A stretch of DNA of 64,000 bases from Odoribacter sp. (GTDB lineage: Bacteria > Bacteroidota > Bacteroidia > Bacteroidales > Marinifilaceae). The number at the start of each line of letters is the position of its first letter. Position 1 is the stretch's first letter. The notes beneath the pieces were generated by a model, which saw nothing but the letters and a program-made list of their open reading frames with translations, did not search any database and was not told the DNA's origin. Shown here piece by piece: positions 56,633-64,000 of this stretch. Position numbers and translations under genes: made by a program. The DNA lies in NCBI GenBank assembly GCA_036657595.1, contig JAVXFZ010000008.1:108-64107 (forward strand), read 5' to 3'.

Positions 56633-57358
56633 ATGAAAAAAATATTACCTTATATATTATCTGTTAGTTTGCTTGCATACTTGATAATTGTGCTTACCTT
56701 TGCAACGACAAAATTGGAGGAGGTTAAGTGTAAGGGATTGCAGGTTGTCGTTGATGATACCGGGGAGAATGCGTTTATTGATGAAGAGGGAGTTTTGAGG
56801 GTGATTAAACGTGGATATGGTGATTTAAATGGTCGGAATGTTGTTTCTATTGATAAAGACAGTTTGGAACATATTTTGATCAGAAATTCGGTGATAAAGT
56901 CGGCTCAGATTTACTACAGTTTAGACGGTTATTTCCATATAGAGATCACACAACGAATGCCTGTATTGAGAGTTATGACAGGTGAAGGTTATTATGTGGA
57001 TGAAGATGGAAAGGTGATGCCGTTATCCGGGAAGTATACATCGCGTGTGGTGGTAGCTACCGGAAATATATCCAGAAAATTTGCTTGTAGCGGATTATTT
57101 CCTTTTGTGATGGCATTGAAAGACGATGAGTTTTGGAATGCATTGGTTGAACAAATTATTGTCATAAATGGCGATGAGGTTGTTTTGATACCTAAAATTG
57201 GTAATTTTAGAATTGTCTTAGGACAGTTGGAGGAGGTAGATAAAAAGTTAGATAATTTGCGATTGTTCCTTCACGATGGGATTTCCTTGAAAGGATGGAA
57301 TAGATATAAGGAGATCAATTTGAAGTTTGAAAATCAAATTGTTTGTGTAAAAAAATGA
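56633..57358 (+). CDS. ftsQ: Cell division protein FtsQ/DivIB
   Basis: N-terminal TM, POTRA-like region, ITQRMPVLRV, INLKFENQIVC; dcw position. Confidence 0.85.
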   Translation: MKKILPYILSVSLLAYLIIVLTFATTKLEEVKCKGLQVVVDDTGENAFIDEEGVLRVIKRGYGDLNGRNVVSIDKDSLEHILIRNSVIKSAQIYYSLDGYFHIEITQRMPVLRVMTGEGYYVDEDGKVMPLSGKYTSRVVVATGNISRKFACSGLFPFVMALKDDEFWNALVEQIIVINGDEVVLIPKIGNFRIVLGQLEEVDKKLDNLRLFLHDGISLKGWNRYKEINLKFENQIVCVKK

Positions 57359-57384
57359 ATGAAGTAATGAAATTGTAAGAAGAT

Positions 57385-58554
57385 ATGGGTTTTACTGCAT
57401 CTTTAGATATGGGGTCTGAAAAAATGGTGATGGCATTGGCTTCGACTGAGAATAATGCTTGCCGTTTGACTGGTATAAAAATAGTAGCTTCGCAGGGTAT
57501 TGAGCGTGGAATAGTGAAGGATAAAGAAAAGGTACGTGCCTGTATCCGCGGGTTGATGTCAGAATTGTTGAAAGAGCGTGACGTGGATGTTATGATTGTG
57601 GCATTGTCGGGTGATGTTTTGCGTATATCGGAGCGACGTATCACGGTGCCTTTGCAGAAAAAGGTGGTTGAGCAGAATGACTTGTTGAGAGCAGAACAAC
57701 GTTGTATTGATGGCTTTGAGGAGGGACACGATGAGTTGGTGGACGTGATTCCTGTTGCTTATTCTATTGATAAAGGGGATTTGATCGCCGATCCTTTGGG
57801 ACGATCCGGTCGGCATTTGGAGGTTACCTATCAGGTGTATGCTGCCGGATGTGATTATTTGGAGGGAATTCGGAAGTTGTTTGATGGTACGGGGATAGGG
57901 GAAGTTTGTTTTTCTCCGGCGGTACGTGCTTACAGTGAAGCTTTCGATGTAGAGAAGGTGAAAAAGGATTTTGCCTTGGTGGATTTTGGCGCAATGAAGA
58001 TAAATGTGGTGCTTTTCCGTGATGGTATGTTGGAATATGAGGCGTGTTTGCCATTGGGAGCACATAGCATTGATAATGATATAATGAAGGCATTTGCATT
58101 GAGTGGTGGACAAGCTCGTAAGTTGAAACACGAGTATGGGCAGGCATTAAGGTCTGCTTGTAAAAATAAAAAATTGCAGATTCCTGATACACGGTTGACC
58201 TTAGAAAGCCGTGATTTGGCGATGGTGATTCAAAGTCGGGCAGAGGAGTTGTTGGAAGGGGTGGTTTATCAATTGCAAAGTTGGGGATTTGACGAGCCGG
58301 AGGATGAGATTTTACTGACGGGTGGAGGAAGTCGTTTGCAGGATATAGATACCTTATTGAATCGACTTTCCGGCCATCGGGTGGGGCGGGTCATAGCGAA
58401 AGGGATACATACCACGCGAGAGGAAGTGTTGCATACGCCTGAATATTTGGTGGCTTTGGGGTTGTTGTTGTCTGATCGACAAGCTCCCCAAGAAACAAAG
58501 GGTAGTTTGGGCGGAAAGATTACCAAAGGATTGAAGGGCATTTTTGGTATTTGA
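57385..58554 (+). CDS. ftsA: Cell division protein FtsA (divergent)
   Basis: LDMGSEK, SQGIERG, LTGGGSRL, C-terminal amphipathic helix KITKGLKGIFGI; dcw position. Confidence 0.85.
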   Translation: MGFTASLDMGSEKMVMALASTENNACRLTGIKIVASQGIERGIVKDKEKVRACIRGLMSELLKERDVDVMIVALSGDVLRISERRITVPLQKKVVEQNDLLRAEQRCIDGFEEGHDELVDVIPVAYSIDKGDLIADPLGRSGRHLEVTYQVYAAGCDYLEGIRKLFDGTGIGEVCFSPAVRAYSEAFDVEKVKKDFALVDFGAMKINVVLFRDGMLEYEACLPLGAHSIDNDIMKAFALSGGQARKLKHEYGQALRSACKNKKLQIPDTRLTLESRDLAMVIQSRAEELLEGVVYQLQSWGFDEPEDEILLTGGGSRLQDIDTLLNRLSGHRVGRVIAKGIHTTREEVLHTPEYLVALGLLLSDRQAPQETKGSLGGKITKGLKGIFGI

Positions 58555-58621
58555 TGTTTTAATATGAAGTGATTTAGTTATTTATTTATAGTGTTAGTTT
58601 TTATCTTATATCTTTTTTGTT

Positions 58622-59941
58622 ATGGAAATAGATGACGACTTAATTTCGCTGAAGTTACCGGATCAGGGGCAAGAGGAATCGATTATTAAAGTGATCGGTG
58701 TCGGTGGTGGCGGAAGTAATGCTGTGAACCATATGTTTTCTCAGGGAATTCACGGTGTCGAATTTGTCGTTTGTAACACGGATATACAGGCTTTGCGACA
58801 GAGCCGGGTGAAGAATCGTATACAATTGGGGAAGGAGCTTACGGATGGACGTGGGGCAGGATGTCAGCCTGAACAGGGACGTTTGTCGGCGGTTGAGAGT
58901 ATTGATTTTATTAAAACGATTCTTCAGCATAATACCCGTATGGTATTTATCACAGCCGGAATGGGCGGTGGAACGGGTACAGGAGCTGCACCGGAAATTG
59001 CAAGGTTGGCTCGAGAGATGGGGATATTGACGATTGGAATTGTCACCGTACCTTTTAGTTTTGAAGGGAAACGAAAGATAGAGCAGGCGATGGAGGGGAT
59101 TGATGAATTGGAGGAGTATGTCGATGCTTTGTTGATTATTGCCAACGAACGACTGCGAGAGATATATGGCGACTTGAAATTGTCGGATGCTTTTTCTATG
59201 GCTGATAATATATTGACAATTGCAGCTAAAAGTATAGCGGAGATTATCACGGTCAAGGGATATGTGAATGTCGATTTTGCCGATGTGGAGAGTGTTATGC
59301 GTGAGAGTGGCGTTGCCTTGATGGGAGCTTCTGAGGCAGAAGGGGAGGAACGTGCAATGGAAGCTTTGTCAAATGCATTGATATCTCCTTTGCTGAATAG
59401 TAATGATATTCGGGGCGCTTCGAATATTTTACTGAATATACTTTACGGTGAAAAAGAGGTGACGATGGATGAGATTAGTTTGATTACCGATACGTTGCGA
59501 GAGAAGGTAGGGAAGAATGTAAATGTTATTTGGGGAGCGGGTAAGGATGAGGTTTTGGGTGAAAAGTTGCGTGTAGCTGTTATTGCTACTGGTTTTAATA
59601 GTAATGGTGGTAAGGTATCGCCTGCTATATCACAACGAAAAGAAACTCCTGTTGCACAGACTGTTTCTGTTGCACCGGAAGCTCCTGTGAGTAAGCCTTA
59701 TTTTAAGGTGGAAACTTTGCCTGATGATTTAGAGATGAGGGTGGTTAATCCGGTAGAAGTGGAAAATGAAGCACGTCAGCGGCGACAGAAACAGGAGGAT
59801 GAGCGTGAACGTCGGCAGCGACGGAATGTAAATCGGCGTACTGAAGATTTTGAACGTGGCAATCGTGGTCTGAATGAGGTGCCTGATACCAATAGTTGGC
59901 TAAAGAATAAGATAGGGACATTATTCAGCGATGATGAATAA
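58622..59941 (+). CDS. ftsZ: Cell division protein FtsZ, paralogue 1 (439 aa)
   Basis: IKVIGVGGGG, GMGGGTGTG tubulin signature, T7 loop NVDFADV, VIATGF. Confidence 0.96.
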   Translation: MEIDDDLISLKLPDQGQEESIIKVIGVGGGGSNAVNHMFSQGIHGVEFVVCNTDIQALRQSRVKNRIQLGKELTDGRGAGCQPEQGRLSAVESIDFIKTILQHNTRMVFITAGMGGGTGTGAAPEIARLAREMGILTIGIVTVPFSFEGKRKIEQAMEGIDELEEYVDALLIIANERLREIYGDLKLSDAFSMADNILTIAAKSIAEIITVKGYVNVDFADVESVMRESGVALMGASEAEGEERAMEALSNALISPLLNSNDIRGASNILLNILYGEKEVTMDEISLITDTLREKVGKNVNVIWGAGKDEVLGEKLRVAVIATGFNSNGGKVSPAISQRKETPVAQTVSVAPEAPVSKPYFKVETLPDDLEMRVVNPVEVENEARQRRQKQEDERERRQRRNVNRRTEDFERGNRGLNEVPDTNSWLKNKIGTLFSDDE

Positions 59942-60026
59942 AATGCAATGGACGAGCAAGAATGAATGATAGAATAAAAGGGGTGAATAAGTGAAGAGGT
60001 TCAACATTCAATATTTAGTGATCGAC

Positions 60027-60056
60027 AGATAAACGGATAAACGAATAAACGAATTA
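60027..60056. repeat. 8-bp-period tandem repeat between the two ftsZ genes
   Basis: AGATAAAC GGATAAAC GAATAAAC GAATTA. Confidence 0.65.
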
Positions 60057-60061
60057 GGGTC

Positions 60062-61189
60062 ATGGTTGACGGATTTATAAATTTTAATCTGAATGAGAAG
60101 ACTCCCACTATTATTAAAGTGATTGGCGTAGGAGGAGGAGGAGGAAATGCAGTGGAGTATATGTACGATAAGGGGATCTGCGATGTGGATTTCGTAATCT
60201 GCAATACAGATTATCAGGCATTGAGGAATAGTCCGATACCTTTTAAAATACAGCTTGGCAAAGAACTAACGGAAGGACACGGTGCTGGTAATAATCCGGT
60301 GATGGGTGAACAATCAGCGCAAGAAAGTTTGGGTGATATAGAAACGCTTTTGCAAAATAATACCCGAATGGTGTTTATTACGGCTGCGATGGGAGGTGGA
60401 ACAGGCACAGGTGCTGCTCCGGTGATAGCAAAAATTGCTAAAGATATGGGTATCCTTACCGTCGGTATTGTTTCTGTTCCGGCACGCTTTGAGGGTCCGA
60501 AACGGCTTGATCAGGCTCGCGACGGATTGAAGCGATTGAAGGATCACGTTGATTGTCTTATTATGATAGATAATGAAAAGATAAAGTCAATATATGGTTC
60601 TCAAACAATTTCTGCTGCTTTTGCTAAGGCGAATGATGTGTTGAATATTGCGGCGAAAGGAATCGCTGAGATTATTACGCTTCCCGGTTATATCAATGTT
60701 GATTTTGCTGATGTGAGAACAGTGATGACCGATAGTGGTGTGGCTATTATGGGGGCGGCGCAGGCATCCGGTGAAGATCGTGCAATACGTGCGATAACGG
60801 AGGCATTAGAAAGTCCATTGTTGAATAATAATGATATTTTAGGAGCAAAGGATATATTGTTGAATATTACGTCCGGTACGGATGAAATCACGATGGATGA
60901 GATGTCGCAAATTACTTCGCATATTATTCAAAAGGTGGGTAATAGTGCGGCAGTGATCTGGGGGGTAGGTACGGATATTAATTTAGGGGATGCCATCTCT
61001 GTAACGATAATTGCTACCGGTTTTCCTACCGGTGATATAGAGCTGTTTGGAGAGGATACGGTGAGTACGGATGTGGATAGACCTGTTACATTAAAAGATG
61101 CAGTTGTCAAACCGGGATTGACTGCCACAGCAATACAGGAACTTGAAAGTGTCCCTGCTTTCAAGAGGAGGGAATTGAAAGTCAATTGA
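60062..61189 (+). CDS. ftsZ: Cell division protein FtsZ, paralogue 2 (375 aa)
   Basis: IKVIGVGGGG, AMGGGTGTG, NVDFADV, IIATGF; C-terminal ELESVPAFKRR. Confidence 0.96.
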   Translation: MVDGFINFNLNEKTPTIIKVIGVGGGGGNAVEYMYDKGICDVDFVICNTDYQALRNSPIPFKIQLGKELTEGHGAGNNPVMGEQSAQESLGDIETLLQNNTRMVFITAAMGGGTGTGAAPVIAKIAKDMGILTVGIVSVPARFEGPKRLDQARDGLKRLKDHVDCLIMIDNEKIKSIYGSQTISAAFAKANDVLNIAAKGIAEIITLPGYINVDFADVRTVMTDSGVAIMGAAQASGEDRAIRAITEALESPLLNNNDILGAKDILLNITSGTDEITMDEMSQITSHIIQKVGNSAAVIWGVGTDINLGDAISVTIIATGFPTGDIELFGEDTVSTDVDRPVTLKDAVVKPGLTATAIQELESVPAFKRRELKVN

Positions 61190-61240
61190 AAATGAAAATA
61201 ACTACTGATCTTTCAGGGTTAAAAAGATTAGTGGGATAAA

Positions 61241-61355
61241 AAATGCAGATCGCTGCATTTATATTGAGAATACGGCGTTTGCCGTTTGTGAAGCAGCTAA
61301 GGCTGCAATAATTTTAACGCAGTCACAGGCTGCTTGTAACGCAGTCATAGGCTGC
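61241..61355 (+). other. Array of short GC-rich hairpins / direct repeats upstream of the DEAD-box helicase gene
   Basis: AAATGCAG-ATCG-CTGCATTT, ACGGC-GTTT-GCCGT, GCAGC-TAAG-GCTGC, and TAACGCAGTCA(C/T)AGGCTGC twice at 22-bp spacing. Confidence 0.7.
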
Positions 61356-61367
61356 ATAAATAATCGA

Positions 61368-63191
61368 ATGGAAAAATTTAAAGAATTAGGTTTAGAAGGA
61401 GAAATCCTTAAGGGAATTGAAGATTTAGGGTTTGATATGCCCACACCAGTGCAGGAAAAAGTGATCCCAGTGATTTTAGGGGAAGGGAATGATTTGGTTG
61501 TACTTGCTCAAACAGGTACAGGAAAAACTGCCGCTTTTGGTCTACCGTTGTTACAAAAACTCGATACCTCTTTGAATGAGGTGCAGGTGCTTATTTTGAG
61601 TCCTACTCGGGAATTGTGTATGCAAATTGGTAAGGATTTAATGAATTATGCAAAATACAGGAAAGATATTCGTGTTGCTTGCGTATATGGAGGGACGGAT
61701 ATTCGCAGGCAGATGAGTGAATTGAATAGGGGTGTACACGTTTTGGTTGCAACACCGGGACGGCTTTGCGATTTAATGAAGCGGAATGCTGTGAAGATCG
61801 TACACGTGCGGTCTGTAGTACTCGATGAGTCGGATGAGATGTTGAATATGGGTTTCAAGGAAGATTTGAATTTTATCTTAGACGAAACACCATCGGAGAG
61901 AAATACTTATTTGTTTTCTGCAACAATGCCGCGCGAGGTGGAACGGATTGCGAAGCATTATATGCGTAATGCACAAGAAATTTCTACCGGAAAGAAGAAT
62001 CAAGGAGCTGATACGGTGTCGCACGAGTATTATCAAGTGCTTGCTCGAGACTGTTATGAAACTTTGCATCGTGTGATTGATTGTTCTCCTGATATGTATG
62101 CAATTATCTTTACACGTACGAAAGTGGATGCACGGGATATTGTGCGTAAACTTCAGAAAGATGGGATTGATTGTGATGCTTTACACGGTGATTTGAGTCA
62201 GGGACAACGCGATGAAGTGATGGAGCGTTTCCGTGGAAAACGTTTGAAAGTACTGGTCGCAACCGATGTGGCTGCTCGTGGTTTGGATGTTGATAATCTG
62301 ACTCACGTAATCAATTATAATTTGCCGGAAGATGTGGAAAGTTATACCCACCGTAGTGGTCGTACCGGTCGTGCCGGTCGTGAGGGTATTTCGGTAGCGA
62401 TTATCAATTCAAAGGAAAAGGGGAAATTGCACAGGATTGAGAGTGTGTTGAAAAAGAAATTCCAATATCGGGAAGTGCCTCGTGGAGAGGAAGTATGTCG
62501 GGCACAACTTCTTTATTATGCTGATAAGATATTGGCATCGGAGCCCAAAGAGATGCTTGATAAATATCAGCACGAATTATTTGAGAAATTTGGTGAACTG
62601 ACAAAAGAGGAGTTGATACAGAAAATAGTGTCGTACGAATTTGGGAAATTGCTTAAGAAATATGCTTCGGTGAATGACTTGAACATTTCAGAGGATGAGC
62701 GGCACAGTGATCGGGGTGCCCGAACTGAAGGACGTGGTGAGGTGCGTAGAGGTGGACGCGATAGAGAAGAAAGCAGTTCATTTACCCTTTTCAACGTGAA
62801 TGTAGGTCGGGAAGATGGTTTCACTCCACGCGACCTGATGGCAATTATTAATACTTATTCTCCACGAAAAGGTATTGAGATCGGTGGTATACGAATCTTT
62901 GACAACAATACGAAGTTTGAGGTAGATATTCGAGGAATAGAAGGATTTATGTCCAATTTTAATAATGTGAATTTTAATGGACTGCCTTTTACTCTTTCAG
63001 AATTACAGGAACGCTTTAGTCGTGGCGGAGATAGAGGTGATCGCCCTCGTGAATTTGGTGATCGTCGAAATTCTACGGCGAATAATAAATGGCGTTCTGA
63101 AAACCGACGTAGCGATGGTAGTAGTCGAGGACGTTTCGGTGAAAAGAAGAAAGGGATAGATAGTGTTAGTCGTCCACGTAAGAAATATTAA
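61368..63191 (+). CDS. DEAD-box RNA helicase (DeaD/CshA-like, with DbpA-type RNA-binding domain and Arg/Gly tail)
   Basis: Q motif PTPVQ, AQTGTGKT, PTREL, TPGRL, motif II DESD, SAT, HRSGRTGRAG. Confidence 0.93.
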   Translation: MEKFKELGLEGEILKGIEDLGFDMPTPVQEKVIPVILGEGNDLVVLAQTGTGKTAAFGLPLLQKLDTSLNEVQVLILSPTRELCMQIGKDLMNYAKYRKDIRVACVYGGTDIRRQMSELNRGVHVLVATPGRLCDLMKRNAVKIVHVRSVVLDESDEMLNMGFKEDLNFILDETPSERNTYLFSATMPREVERIAKHYMRNAQEISTGKKNQGADTVSHEYYQVLARDCYETLHRVIDCSPDMYAIIFTRTKVDARDIVRKLQKDGIDCDALHGDLSQGQRDEVMERFRGKRLKVLVATDVAARGLDVDNLTHVINYNLPEDVESYTHRSGRTGRAGREGISVAIINSKEKGKLHRIESVLKKKFQYREVPRGEEVCRAQLLYYADKILASEPKEMLDKYQHELFEKFGELTKEELIQKIVSYEFGKLLKKYASVNDLNISEDERHSDRGARTEGRGEVRRGGRDREESSSFTLFNVNVGREDGFTPRDLMAIINTYSPRKGIEIGGIRIFDNNTKFEVDIRGIEGFMSNFNNVNFNGLPFTLSELQERFSRGGDRGDRPREFGDRRNSTANNKWRSENRRSDGSSRGRFGEKKKGIDSVSRPRKKY

Positions 63192-63227
63192 ACCGGATTT
63201 CGTTTTAGTTGCTTTTACTTAAAACAT

Positions 63228-63258
63228 AAAGAAGTCACACCTTGGTGTGGCTTTTTTG
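63228..63258 (+). terminator. Intrinsic terminator after the helicase
   Basis: AGTCACACC-TT-GGTGTGGCT followed by TTTTT. Confidence 0.75.
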
Positions 63259-63636
63259 TATTTTAGAAAATTATTCTCCATTAAGATATAGTTTGACCTA
63301 TTATGACTAATGTTTGGAAGAATAAATATCCAAATATTTATAGATTTTGTAAGTATTCAAATAATAATTTATTTTTTTTAGATTTTTTCTTCTTTTCATT
63401 CACCCTCTTTTCTAAAAAATCTGTTCTACTATAACAAAGCAAAAATAATCGTTCCTTTATTTGGGTGATTAAAGTGCAGAAAAAAGATAAATAAGGAGGA
63501 ATGAAAAAATATAGATGTAAGTTGGTGTAGATAAATGCAAATAAGAAAAAAAAGAGGGAAGAATTAATAAAAAGTATTGTTGACTATGGAGGATTTTTTA
63601 CCTTCTATTTTCGACTCAAATAAAGGAACGTTTTTT

Positions 63637-64000
63637 ATGGATACAGAAGAGATGATGCAACACATATTGCTTTTGCTAAAAGGTAAAGCGACAGAAAATG
63701 AGGAAAGATTGGTGCGGGAGTGGTTTGATGAGAGCGAAGAGCATAGAAAGAGATACAAAGAAATCTGTGAGACGTATTATAAATTACAATTTGGGGCACA
63801 ATGGAAAGAAATTGACCTTCAAAGGGCGATTGAAAAATGCACCACACAGATTGGTAAAAAACGACCATTGAACAGAAGAATCTATCGTTTATCCACAGTG
63901 GCTGCTTTATTGTTGCTTTGTATAGGAATTATGATTCTAATGCGGCGACCGGAAAATAATGTTATAAAAGTAGCTGTATGTGAAGATGTGAGGTTTGGAG
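63637..64000 (+). CDS. FecR-family anti-sigma/sensor protein, partial (runs off the window end)
   Basis: Manual translation MDTEEMMQHILLLLKGKATENEERLVREWFDESEEHRKRY...AALLLLCIGIMIL; typical FecR N-terminus plus TM; alternative in-frame ATG at 63586. Confidence 0.8.
   Translation, partial: MDTEEMMQHILLLLKGKATENEERLVREWFDESEEHRKRYKEICETYYKLQFGAQWKEIDLQRAIEKCTTQIGKKRPLNRRIYRLSTVAALLLLCIGIMILMRRPENNVIKVAVCEDVRFG

Noticed and set aside
58622-61189. Assembly artefact as the cause of the ftsZ duplication
   Set aside because: The copies differ at ~40% of core residues and have unrelated tails, which a collapsed or duplicated repeat would not produce.

Overview
Bacteroidota (Bacteroidales) chromosomal window. 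An Odoribacter/Butyricimonas-like genome is my inference from gene content and protein style, not a database result. It is mostly housekeeping: serC-serA-DUF1015, gcvT, an orphan STAS protein, carbamate kinase plus ornithine carbamoyltransferase, ftsB-ruvX-def-comEC, trkAH, an acyl-CoA carboxyltransferase plus biotin carrier, a NatAB-like ABC exporter, fsa-yciO, a CDF transporter, tRNA-Glu and tRNA-Thr, an OmpR-type two-component system divergent from a PepSY-like lipoprotein, the complete nqrA-F operon, DUF5103, a META lipoprotein, htrA, the primary sigma factor, a dGTPase, a CoA-transferase, TlpA, smpB, YIP1, the dcw cluster, a DEAD-box helicase and the start of a FecR-type gene. The first ~1.7 kb is decayed accessory DNA (IS remnant, probable phage tape-measure fragment, pseudogenes). 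The most striking feature is a dcw cluster ending in two tandem, intact ftsZ paralogues (~59% identical cores by manual alignment, different C-terminal tails), next to a divergent FtsA and an FtsW with a long acidic tail carrying RRRGRR twice. Other candidates: a repeated GCAG/CUGC hairpin array in front of the DEAD-box helicase, two 114-bp dispersed repeats with 11-bp periodicity, an ~11-kb block with reversed strand-specific codon bias (possible inversion), and a shared sigma54-like motif before the META and htrA genes. All functional calls come from motif recognition only; no searches were run.
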